Shown in pieces: positions 1 to 9,413 of a stretch of 44,592 nt of DNA (position 1 is its first letter; each line of letters begins with the position of its first letter). The position numbers and the translations under genes were made by a program. The DNA comes from Gammaproteobacteria bacterium. Lineage in GTDB: Bacteria > Pseudomonadota > Gammaproteobacteria > SZUA-152. Location of the stretch: NCBI GenBank assembly GCA_036507695.1, contig DATCIR010000050.1:1-44592 (forward strand), in the 5' to 3' direction. Under the pieces are notes generated by a model that did no database searches, was not told where the DNA came from, and was given only the letters and a program-made list of their open reading frames with translations.

Positions 1-69
1 CCCAATGTTTACTACCGCAAAGACATCGGACACCGCGCCATCGCCCGGGAAGAAAACCAATTAATTTAA
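1..69 (+). CDS. 3' end of an unidentified gene (partial at window edge)
   Basis: Frame is open from base 1 to TAA at 67-69 (...PNVYYRKDIGHRAIAREENQLI*). Too short to assign a family. Confidence 0.25.
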   Translation, partial: PNVYYRKDIGHRAIAREENQLI

Positions 70-88
70 ACGCCAAGAGGAAGTAAAA

Positions 89-589
89 ATGAGTAAACCT
101 TTTGTTGCCATACTGATGGGCTCCGACTCTGACCTTCCCACCATGCAGACCACCATCGATGTGCTAAAAAAACTGGGGGTGCCCATGGAAGCGAAAATCA
201 CCTCCGCCCATCGCACACCGCAGCGTACGCACGACTATGTTAAGGATGCCGACCAACGGGGTTGCGCGGTGTTTATTGCGGCGGCTGGACTCGCCGCGCA
301 TCTCGCCGGCACGGTCGCCGGTTTGACACTGAAGCCCGTGATCGGTGTACCCATGGAAGGCGGTCCCCTGAACGGACAGGATGCCTTGTTATCAACCGTG
401 ATGATGCCCGGTGGAATTCCGGTGGCAACGGTCGCCATTGGTAAAGCGGGCGCCAAGAATGCCGCCTATCTGGCCGCGCAAATAATTGCCTTAACCGACG
501 CGAATTTGGCCAAACGCCTGCTGCAAGACCGGGAAGATAGCGCCAAGGCCATCGCTGAAAAAGACACCGAACTGCAAAAACGCCTGTAG
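89..589 (+). CDS. purE: N5-carboxyaminoimidazole ribonucleotide mutase
   Basis: 166-aa ORF with [34 protein letters not shown] and PVIGVP motifs typical of class I PurE. GAGGAAG Shine-Dalgarno upstream. Confidence 0.95.
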   Translation: MSKPFVAILMGSDSDLPTMQTTIDVLKKLGVPMEAKITSAHRTPQRTHDYVKDADQRGCAVFIAAAGLAAHLAGTVAGLTLKPVIGVPMEGGPLNGQDALLSTVMMPGGIPVATVAIGKAGAKNAAYLAAQIIALTDANLAKRLLQDREDSAKAIAEKDTELQKRL

Positions 590-605
590 CTAACAATTCA
601 CGTCT

Positions 606-1166
606 GTGGCTAACCCCTGGAAAATCAAACAAGCCGCCACCGTGATCTTGAATGGCGGCATCATCGCCTACCCCACCGAGGCGGTTTACGGACTGGGTTG
701 CAACCCGCTAGACACAACCGCGGTGCTGCGTTTGTTGCGGCTAAAACAGCGCGCCTTGGAAAAAGGCCTGATCCTGGTGGCGGCCAATCTCGATCAGCTG
801 GAGCCATTCATCACCATTCCTTCAGATGCCATCCGGCGCAAAATCAGCGCCACCTGGCCAGGCCCCGTGACCTGGGTTTTGCCCGCCCAGCCCGGCATTC
901 CTGCAATCCTGACCGGTGCACACCGGACCCTCGCGGTACGCGTATCCGCTCATCCAGCCGTACAGGCCGTATGTCGAGAAATCGATCAGCCTTTGGTGTC
1001 TACCAGCGCCAACCGGGAATCGGCGCCTCCTGCCCGCTCTGCGTTGGCGGTAAGACGAATATTTGGTCAGGGCGTTGATTTTATTCTGCACGGAGCCGTG
1101 GATCGCGCCGCCAAACCGACGGAAATTCGGGACGCGTTAACCGGGCAGGTTCTCAGGGCTGGCTAA
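606..1166 (+). CDS. tsaC: L-threonylcarbamoyladenylate synthase (YrdC/TsaC family)
   Basis: GTG-start 186-aa ORF. YPTEAVYGLGCNP and LVSTSANRES motifs of the YrdC/Sua5 domain. Confidence 0.85.
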   Translation: MANPWKIKQAATVILNGGIIAYPTEAVYGLGCNPLDTTAVLRLLRLKQRALEKGLILVAANLDQLEPFITIPSDAIRRKISATWPGPVTWVLPAQPGIPAILTGAHRTLAVRVSAHPAVQAVCREIDQPLVSTSANRESAPPARSALAVRRIFGQGVDFILHGAVDRAAKPTEIRDALTGQVLRAG

Positions 1167-1197
1167 GCACCCGACTGTTACCACGACCCTCCTCTTG

Positions 1198-1372
1198 AGG
1201 GTGTCGCAAAAGCCGTTTTTCTGTAGGTTGGCGGTGACGAGCACACGGATATGTGCGAGGTAGACTGCGTCGGGAACAGGCGGTCGAGGTACGAACCCCA
1301 ACATACTTTGATTTCCAACAGGTTTCTGTTGGGCTTCGTACCTCAGCCTACGTATGGGTTTTACGACACCCT
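1198..1372. mobile_element. MITE-like palindromic element (about 175 bp)
   Basis: Terminal inverted repeats AGGGTGTCG (1198-1206) and CGACACCCT (1364-1372), with further imperfect matching inward. Flanking 7-bp direct repeat CCTCTTG at 1191-1197 and 1373-1379. Internal 18-bp inverted repeat at 1286-1303 and 1327-1344. Confidence 0.4.
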
Positions 1373-1504
1373 CCTCTTGGAGAGATCCAATCGTCCGACC
1401 TATCTCTTCCTTTTGGGAGGATTGACCAATCCCAAATTGCCGATATATTAGTATATAAGTTATTTATAATTTACTTTTTAACTATATATTTTAGGAGGTT
1501 ATCT

Positions 1505-1948
1505 ATGTCGTTTATCCCCCACTTTCCCCATGATGGTGTAGTTACGATTAACCGTGTGATTTTAAAACCCGGCTATTCCGTGGACGATTTGCAGGAACGC
1601 GTCGCCATGTTGTGCGAGAACGTCAAAACCTACCACTCGGATACTGGCTTTATCGGCGGCATGGTCGCATTGAACAGCGGCCAGATATCCAACGAAGGCA
1701 GCACGGTGGGTCAGGCGGTCCAAAGCCCGCTAAAAGACAAAGAAGCGCTGATAATCACCTTTTGGCGCTCGTTCGCTGAACACGAAGCATCCCACAAAAG
1801 CGCCACTTTTCAGCCATTGTTCGAGCAAGTATTGGAACTGTGTGAAAACGGCAACGAAGAAATCGCCTATAACATGCTCTGGTCAGGAGCGGCCTATTCC
1901 AAAGAACAAGCCCTAGCCGCGCAAGAAGCCAAAGCCAAATATGCCTAA
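1505..1948 (+). CDS. hypothetical protein, possibly ABM/Dabb-like alpha+beta barrel
   Basis: ATG at 1505 is preceded by AGGAGG. The longer tracked ORF (from 1253) runs through the MITE-like element and is rejected. ITFWRSFAEHEASHKSATFQ resembles the ABM monooxygenase-like fold signature; the assignment is weak. Confidence 0.55.
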   Translation: MSFIPHFPHDGVVTINRVILKPGYSVDDLQERVAMLCENVKTYHSDTGFIGGMVALNSGQISNEGSTVGQAVQSPLKDKEALIITFWRSFAEHEASHKSATFQPLFEQVLELCENGNEEIAYNMLWSGAAYSKEQALAAQEAKAKYA

Positions 1949-1990
1949 ACGCAGTGACGCCAAGCAGAAAAATTTTCCCTGAGGTAGTTT

Positions 1991-2021
1991 GGGTTAACTG
2001 GTTTGCCGTTAACCCTTTTTT
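1991..2021 (+). terminator. rho-independent terminator
   Basis: GGGTTAAC (1991-1998), 9-nt loop, GTTAACCC (2008-2015), followed by TTTTTT. Confidence 0.6.
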
Positions 2022-2105
2022 CGCCCGGTCGCTTCCGATTCCGGGTCGCGAAACCCGTTGCATTTGTGTAACATTTGCCAAGCAACCATTGGGTGAGGAA
2101 GATAA

Positions 2106-3038
<933 letters not shown>

Positions 3039-3080
3039 CATCGGCGAATTGACTCGCTGCCTCACTGGCTTAGGTTAAAC

Positions 3081-3674
3081 ATGCCACGACAAACTCAAAC
3101 AACCCGTAACGTGGTACGTATCATTGGCGGCCAGTGGCGCAGCCGCAAATTGCATTTCAGTGACATTCCGGATTTACGGCCAACACCGGACCGGGTCAGG
3201 GAAACGCTGTTCAACTGGTTGCAACCCGTGATTGCCGGCGCACGCTGTCTGGACCTGTTTGCCGGCAGCGGCGCACTGGGATTCGAAGCCTTGTCCCGGG
3301 GCGCCGCGTATTGCCTGTTTATCGACAAACATCCACAAAGTATCGCCGCTATCCAACACAATCTGGCGCTGTTAAAAACCACGGCGGGTGACACCATTAC
3401 AGGCGACAGCCTGCAAATTCTGCAACGTCTGCACGAAGCGCCTATCGACAAGCAATTCAACGTGGTCTTTGTTGATCCGCCCTATGCCATGAATTGCGCA
3501 CTGCAATGTTGTCAATTGCTGGTTGAGCATCAATGGTTAGCCGCCGAAGCATATATTTACCTTGAGTCGTCAACAGCCATCGACGAACACCAACTGCCGC
3601 CCCACTGGAAAATGCACCGGCAACAAAAAGCGGGCAATGTGCGCTATCATTTGGCAATACAGCAACAGCGCTGA
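3081..3674 (+). CDS. rsmD: 16S rRNA (guanine966-N2)-methyltransferase
   Basis: IIGGQWRSRKL, RPTPDRVRETLFNWL, LDLFAGSGALGFEALSRGA and VFVDPPY motifs. Conserved rsmD-coaD adjacency. Confidence 0.9.
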   Translation: MPRQTQTTRNVVRIIGGQWRSRKLHFSDIPDLRPTPDRVRETLFNWLQPVIAGARCLDLFAGSGALGFEALSRGAAYCLFIDKHPQSIAAIQHNLALLKTTAGDTITGDSLQILQRLHEAPIDKQFNVVFVDPPYAMNCALQCCQLLVEHQWLAAEAYIYLESSTAIDEHQLPPHWKMHRQQKAGNVRYHLAIQQQR

Positions 3675-3704
3675 GAACATGCTGTGGAATCATCAACGAG
3701 GTGA

Positions 3705-4190
<486 letters not shown>

Positions 4191-4275
4191 AATTTTATCC
4201 GGCCAGGCTCTATAAAGTGATCGACAAGAACGGGTTGAAAATTACCATTTTGCAACCCCCCTTTTCCGACCCCTG

Positions 4276-4284
4276 TGGTAAAAT
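4276..4284 (+). promoter_or_regulatory. possible extended -10 promoter element (TGgTAAAAT)
   Basis: TGGTAAAAT lies about 120 nt upstream of the ferredoxin start. There is no good -35 at 17-nt spacing. Sequence pattern only. Confidence 0.25.
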
Positions 4285-4384
4285 GTCGCAACTTTCAGCA
4301 TCCGGCCTGATCCAACCAGCACACTGCGGATTTTTGTTCAGGCCAACAAGCTGAACGGTTAATAGCAACAGCAGCAATACTTAA

Positions 4385-4657
<273 letters not shown>

Positions 4658-4721
4658 CTGAGCAACAACCTGGTTCGCGCGGTTTAACGCAGCAAGGGGA
4701 TTACAATTTTCGATTACAACC

Positions 4722-4750
4722 AAGGCCCGGATCGGGCCTTTATTTTTTAC
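4722..4750 (+). terminator. rho-independent terminator
   Basis: AGGCCCG / GAT loop / CGGGCCT, followed by TTATTTTTT. Confidence 0.7.
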
Positions 4751-4758
4751 GATACTTT

Positions 4759-4815
4759 GGTTTTTGTAATAACTGGTTTTTGTAATAACTGGTTTTTATA
4801 GCAATTGGTTTTGCC
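4759..4815. repeat. 16-bp tandem repeat (GGTTTTTGTAATAACT x2 plus degenerate copies)
   Basis: Perfect copies at 4759-4774 and 4775-4790. Degenerate copies through about 4815. Confidence 0.85.
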
Positions 4816-4889
4816 GTACTTTGTTTTTATGCTGATGGTCTATATTCAACGTCACCCAACAAATTGATCCAACCGGGAGCACGCGTTAA

Positions 4890-6581
4890 ATGAATAACCG
4901 TTATTGTTGCAAAACCGCCGGCTATTATTTCGTTGCATACTTTTTTTTATTTACCTATAGCATAGCATCACACGCTCTGGACTTGCCGGCAGCGGCGATT
5001 GCCACCGCACATCCCCAGGCGACGGAAGCCGGCCATAAAATTTTACAACAGGGCGGCAACGCCTTTGACGCCGCGGCCGCCATAACGGCCTCGCTGGCCG
5101 TGGTTGAACCCATGAGTTCGGGTCTGGGCGGCGGCGGTTTCTGGCTTATTCATCGCGAACGCGACAAACACCAAGCCATGATTGACGGCCGGGAAAAAGC
5201 CCCCAAGGCCGCCCAGCGGGACATGTACCTGGATCAAGCGGGCAATGTCATTCCCGGATTGGCAATGAACGGTCCTTTGTCCGCGGCGATTCCCGGCATG
5301 CCCGCCGGCATTGTGCATCTGGCGAAAAAATATGGCGCACTGCCGTTAAGCATCAGTTTGCAACCCGCCATCGAGCAGGCACGGCAAGGATTCAAAGTCG
5401 ATGAGCATTACCAGCGCATGGCGCAGTTTCGTTTGGAGGAATTGCGCGCATCACCGGCGGCAGCGGCGGTGTTTTTGCAGCATAATGAGGTGCCGGAAAT
5501 GGGTTACCTCATCCGTCAGCCGGATCTGGCGCGCACGCTGGAGCTGATCGCCACGCAGGGCAATGCGGGTTTTTATGGCGGTGAACTCGCAAAAAAATTA
5601 GTTAAAGGGATTCGAGACGCCAAAGGCATTTGGATGCTCGACGATCTTGCAGCCTACCAGATCGTGGAACGGCAACCGGTGCGCGGCAGTTACCGCGGCA
5701 TCGCCATCACCTCAGCGGCGCCGCCCTCTTCCGGTGGCATCGCCCTGTTAACCATGTTGAACATTTTGTCCGGGTTTGACTTCACGCAATTCGATGCGGT
5801 CACCCAGAAACATTTGCTTGTCGAAGCCATGCGCCGTGCCTATCGCGACCGGGCGATCTATCTGGGCGATCCGGACTTCGTGACAGTGCCGTCCGCCAAA
5901 CTGCTGCATCCTTACTATGCGGATGGACTGCGGGCCAGCATCAATCCTGGCAAAGCCACGCCCAGCGAGTTATTACCCGGCGTGAGGATACCGGCCAAAG
6001 CCCAGCACACCAGCCATTTTTCCGTGATTGATAAAGCGGGTAACCGCGTCTCCGCCACGCTCACGATTAATTATCCCTTTGGTTCCGGTTTTATGCCGCC
6101 CGGCACCGGCGTTCTGTTAAATGACGAAATGGATGACTTCTCCGCCAAACCCGGCGCACCCAATGCCTACGGCCTGGTGGGCGCGGACGCCAACGCCATT
6201 CAAGCGGGAAAACGGCCGCTATCCAGTATGACGCCCACTTTTTTAGAAAATGAACGGGGCGTGGTGGTGTTGGGCACACCCGGCGGCAGCCGCATTATCA
6301 CCATGGTATTACTGGGGATACTGGACTTCGCCAAGGGTGGAAATCCTCAATCCATAGTCAGCCTGCCGCGTTTTCATCATCAATTTTTACCTGACCAAAT
6401 CCAGTACGAAGAAGACGCGTTACCGGATGATGAACTCGCGCAGCTGCAGGCCCGTGGTCACTTGCTGCAACAAACAGCCTGGCGCTACGGCAACATGCAA
6501 GCCGTGATGTGGGATAAACAGCAGAATAGCCTGTCCGCGGCCAGTGATCCGCGGGTAGCTGGCCATGCCGAAGTTAGATAA
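4890..6581 (+). CDS. ggt: gamma-glutamyltranspeptidase
   Basis: 563 aa with a hydrophobic N-terminus. GGGGFWLIH, TSHFSVIDKAGN (autoprocessing Thr region), LLNDEMDDFS, PLSSMTPT and GTPGGSRII blocks. Confidence 0.9.
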   Translation: MNNRYCCKTAGYYFVAYFFLFTYSIASHALDLPAAAIATAHPQATEAGHKILQQGGNAFDAAAAITASLAVVEPMSSGLGGGGFWLIHRERDKHQAMIDGREKAPKAAQRDMYLDQAGNVIPGLAMNGPLSAAIPGMPAGIVHLAKKYGALPLSISLQPAIEQARQGFKVDEHYQRMAQFRLEELRASPAAAAVFLQHNEVPEMGYLIRQPDLARTLELIATQGNAGFYGGELAKKLVKGIRDAKGIWMLDDLAAYQIVERQPVRGSYRGIAITSAAPPSSGGIALLTMLNILSGFDFTQFDAVTQKHLLVEAMRRAYRDRAIYLGDPDFVTVPSAKLLHPYYADGLRASINPGKATPSELLPGVRIPAKAQHTSHFSVIDKAGNRVSATLTINYPFGSGFMPPGTGVLLNDEMDDFSAKPGAPNAYGLVGADANAIQAGKRPLSSMTPTFLENERGVVVLGTPGGSRIITMVLLGILDFAKGGNPQSIVSLPRFHHQFLPDQIQYEEDALPDDELAQLQARGHLLQQTAWRYGNMQAVMWDKQQNSLSAASDPRVAGHAEVR

Positions 6582-6725
6582 TTTACACTCTAATAACTTA
6601 CTGATGTTATTAATGTATTAAAAACCGATGGTTCCGACACCACGAGCACAAGACTTGCCTGCACAGGCCGGTTTCGTTAGACTTAGCCGTCGATCTGGAT
6701 TGGCGGCAGGGCGATTTCGCGGCGC

Positions 6726-6808
6726 TCACAGGAACCACTCACAGGCACAACACACAGGAACCACTCACAGGCACAACTCACAGGCACAACTCACACGCAC
6801 AACACAGC
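6726..6808. repeat. CA-rich tandem repeat (26-bp unit x2 with 13-bp subrepeats)
   Basis: CACAGGAACCACTCACAGGCACAAC repeated at 6726 and 6752, then CACAGGCACAACT-type subunits. It generates the low-complexity N-terminus of tracked ORF 6628-6927. Confidence 0.85.
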
Positions 6809-6819
6809 AGGAGAATGTC

Positions 6820-6927
6820 ATGGCATCTTTAACACCCATTATTTTATTTGGCGCTTTATTCCTTTTGGCTCTTTACCTCGGCGGCGCAGCCTGTGATACA
6901 GCAGCCAACGCGCGTAAAAAACAATAA
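6820..6927 (+). CDS. candidate 35-aa single-TM micropeptide
   Basis: ATG at 6820 is preceded by GCAGGAGAATGTC (AGGAG, about 7-nt spacing). MASLTPIILFGALFLLALYLGGAACDTAANARKKQ is one hydrophobic helix plus a basic tail. Lies upstream of the HCO-fragment gene. Confidence 0.4.
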   Translation: MASLTPIILFGALFLLALYLGGAACDTAANARKKQ

Positions 6928-6991
6928 CGCAACGCTACAGAATTACCGAAAATAACCATTAAAGAATTTGCAGAAACTGCTTGTTATCCAT

Positions 6992-7019
6992 AAAGCCCGG
7001 TAATCCGGGCTTTGTTGTC
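6992..7019 (+). terminator. hairpin, possible terminator or attenuator
   Basis: AAAGCCCGG / TAAT / CCGGGCTTT followed by a T-poor GTTGTC tail. Confidence 0.3.
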
Positions 7020-7065
7020 ATCAAGCAGTCAAATCGAACGACAAGAATTCGCAACAATCCGCAGT

Positions 7066-7590
7066 ATGAAAAACCAATCGTCCGAAAACCAACACCTCGT
7101 TAAATTTATCATTGCCTCCGCAGTTTGCTTTTTTGTTGGAACGGTGCATGGTGTACTGCAAGTCATGGCGCCAATTCGCGCCTGGCTGGATTCAATCGGC
7201 AGTCCTTACGGCGGCCCGGGCCACATGATCGATCCCCTCGCCCATGCCCACATCAATGTGGTGGGTGGCGTCGTGGTATTTATCATGGGTGCATCGTATT
7301 ACCTGATCCCCAAAATGGCCGGTATCGCCATCTATTCCAAAAAGCTGGTTGACCATACTTTCTGGTGGACGGTCTGCGGAATTACGGGGTTTTATTCCAC
7401 CTTGATGATTTTTGGAATTCTGGAAGGGCATGCGCTGCTGGCCAACCCGCATTCCGATGCTGCCGTACAAGCCATACACCGTTATTACGGACCGGCCATC
7501 GGGGGCGCCTCAACCGTCATGGGCATGGGCTTTTGGGTATATTTTATTAATGTGTTTCTGACGATTAAAAAGAAAATCCCTCTGCAATGA
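7066..7590 (+). CDS. stand-alone 4-TM protein homologous to helices IX-XII of C-family heme-copper oxidase subunit I (copy 1)
   Basis: AHAHINVVGGVVVFIMGASYYLIPKMAGIAIYSKKLVDHTFWWTVCG aligns with AHAHLALLGFSTFLEAAAVYYGLQTLLRRKLYSLALANFHFWMLLVG of the in-window CcoN-like protein (18780-20186). Start set at the first ATG (MKNQSS...). Confidence 0.75.
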   Translation: MKNQSSENQHLVKFIIASAVCFFVGTVHGVLQVMAPIRAWLDSIGSPYGGPGHMIDPLAHAHINVVGGVVVFIMGASYYLIPKMAGIAIYSKKLVDHTFWWTVCGITGFYSTLMIFGILEGHALLANPHSDAAVQAIHRYYGPAIGGASTVMGMGFWVYFINVFLTIKKKIPLQ

Positions 7591-8108
7591 CCAGCCGGTG
7601 CGCCTGCCCTAACCGTTACCCACAGTGGCATGAGCAGGATATCGATCTCAGCGGCAAACCTGTTCACGCGCTAAAAATTCCCTCGTTCCTGTATATGCCG
7701 CTTTCCTACGAAATGTATGTGCAAAAACAGCGTAATGATATAAAACAGCTTGAGCTTGAAGAAGAATGGCCGGGTTTTGTCTTAACCCGGACGGGATTTT
7801 TACGTGGCGAGCTGATCAGCCTGTTGACATCCGGTGACTCACCGTCGCGTTTTGTGCGCACCCTGGAAGGCATATTTCAGCTACGCGGCTATTTGCATAA
7901 TGGCGGCATTGGCACCGTCAAGCAAAGCATACGCACACTGCAAATGCAGTTGTTCGACCTTGGACGCATGCCCAGGGAATTATATTTATGTTACCTTACG
8001 TGCCCCGTTTGCAGCGGGCAAAAAGGCGGAGACAAGATTTTATTGCTGCGCCGCTGGAAAGAAAGCCCGACGCTAGCCAAGCGTATCAAAGCGCAAAAAA
8101 CCACATAA
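7587..8108 (+). CDS. hypothetical soluble Cys-rich protein
   Basis: 173 aa. ATGA overlap with the upstream HCO-fragment gene implies translational coupling. CxCP near the N-terminus and CPVC near the C-terminus give a possible 4-Cys metal site. No family recognised. Confidence 0.55.
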   Translation: MTSRCACPNRYPQWHEQDIDLSGKPVHALKIPSFLYMPLSYEMYVQKQRNDIKQLELEEEWPGFVLTRTGFLRGELISLLTSGDSPSRFVRTLEGIFQLRGYLHNGGIGTVKQSIRTLQMQLFDLGRMPRELYLCYLTCPVCSGQKGGDKILLLRRWKESPTLAKRIKAQKTT

Positions 8109-8128
8109 CGCGTTTTTTGATTTTCCGT

Positions 8129-8563
8129 TTATGGTTTTTGTACGTGCTTTGCCAGTGGAAAGTTCAGACCGGTTTGTTTATCGGCATCCCGCTTATGCTT
8201 GAGCTGGACCGATAATACGCCGTTTTCAGGATCATCGACAGCGATGGCCCTGCGGTAAACACCCGAGTGTCCGTCCTGGATCATTTGTTGCCATTTATCT
8301 TCCTCGTTCATCCTGATGGAAACAACATACTCATAACCCGGCACACCTTTGACATCCGTTGCCACTATTACAAATTCATTCATACCCCGGGTCGGCGCGC
8401 CAGGACGGATCTCCACCAGGAACTCAGTATCATTCCAGTGTTGTGGCACCAGGATATAAGCACTGCCCTGCCAGCAACTTAACAGCAACGTTATTATCAA
8501 CGCACTGCCAACCCGGCAGCCAAGTTTACCCGCAATGCTGCCTGGAAATTTATTCACCTGCAT
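8129..8563 (-). CDS. FixH/YtkA-like periplasmic Ig-fold protein
   Basis: Start set at the internal ATG (MQVNKF...). N-terminal hydrophobic anchor, then EFLVEIRPGAPTRGMNEFVIVATD...SIRM...GVYRRAIAV, a pattern reminiscent of FixH/YtkA domains. Last gene of the minus-strand operon. Confidence 0.45.
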   Translation of the reverse strand: MQVNKFPGSIAGKLGCRVGSALIITLLLSCWQGSAYILVPQHWNDTEFLVEIRPGAPTRGMNEFVIVATDVKGVPGYEYVVSIRMNEEDKWQQMIQDGHSGVYRRAIAVDDPENGVLSVQLKHKRDADKQTGLNFPLAKHVQKP

Positions 8564-8879
8564 GTTTTTGTAAATACCCAAGGATAATGGCCGTCTCTTC
8601 AGCATTTGGGGGCGTGACTGCCTTGTTATTCATGCGCATTTCCATGCGCTGCACCACACCCGGCCAGTGTTTGGCGGTATGGATCCGGGGTAATGGCGCG
8701 GCATGACATCCACCGCACTGGCTGAGATAAAGCGCTGCCGCCCCGGATTCGTGTTCAGGATAATCACTGGGCTGAAGCAGCTTGAAGTCCGGGTCGTTGA
8801 CGCATCCGGCAAACAGCAACGCCATTGAGAGAATTATTACACCCAGAAATATAAAGCGCAGCGCACTGTGTATTTTCAT
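8550..8879 (-). CDS. monoheme c-type cytochrome lipoprotein
   Basis: Signal peptide with lipobox LFAGC. Single CGGCH heme-binding motif. 109 aa. Confidence 0.75.
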   Translation of the reverse strand: MKIHSALRFIFLGVIILSMALLFAGCVNDPDFKLLQPSDYPEHESGAAALYLSQCGGCHAAPLPRIHTAKHWPGVVQRMEMRMNNKAVTPPNAEETAIILGYLQKHAGE

Positions 8880-8931
8880 TGCTTTGTGAGCGTGGTTTTG
8901 GTTTCACACTAGTTTTGGTTTCACATGAGTT

Positions 8932-9402
8932 TCATTTTGACGATTTTGCCTTACCCGCGGGATCCCGGCTCTTCCGGCCGTCGCCGTGGCGATCCGGCAA
9001 ATCCATATCCTCCGTGCCGTCCACACTGGAGCTGTATTTATTTACCATGAAATACACAAATGCGCCAAATACCAGCAAATACAATAGCGCGGCGCCAAAA
9101 CCCCAATCCACCCACGCCCGTTCATAACCGGGGCGATCACCCCAGAACGGGAAACTGAGACCGATTGCAACCAACAACACAGCGCCGATCACCGCCAGAA
9201 ACCACTTGGGCACACCTTTTTGGGACTGAGGTATTTTCTCCACGAGTTCCCAATCTTCCAAGCCGCGCTTTTGCCGGCGTTCTTCATCGGAAGAATAGCC
9301 GAAATTATCATCGGGAATTTCACCCCAGTTTTTCTCTGTGACTTCTTTTAGTTCCGGGGTGTGTGTTTTGTCTGCCGCAGACGTTTTGTTTATTTCAGTC
9401 AT
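8932..9402 (-). CDS. membrane protein with weak FixP_N-like segment
   Basis: 156 aa, 2 TM. GVPKWFLAVIG...PFWGDRPG resembles the LPRWW motif of the CcoP N-terminal domain and the PLWGQRP segment of the 17156-17782 product. No heme motif. Confidence 0.5.
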   Translation of the reverse strand: MTEINKTSAADKTHTPELKEVTEKNWGEIPDDNFGYSSDEERRQKRGLEDWELVEKIPQSQKGVPKWFLAVIGAVLLVAIGLSFPFWGDRPGYERAWVDWGFGAALLYLLVFGAFVYFMVNKYSSSVDGTEDMDLPDRHGDGRKSRDPAGKAKSSK

Positions 9403-9413
9403 AATCGAACAGC

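Noticed and set aside
1253-1504. N-terminal extension of the tracked 231-aa ORF 1253-1948
   Set aside because: The extension runs through the MITE-like element. A strong AGGAGG plus ATG at 1505 gives a compact 147-aa protein.
6628-6927. 99-aa ORF upstream of the first HCO-fragment gene
   Set aside because: The first about 64 residues are a translation of the CA-rich tandem repeat (HRNHSQAQHTGTTHRHNSQAQLTRTT). Only the last 35 codons, which have their own Shine-Dalgarno, are kept as a micropeptide candidate.
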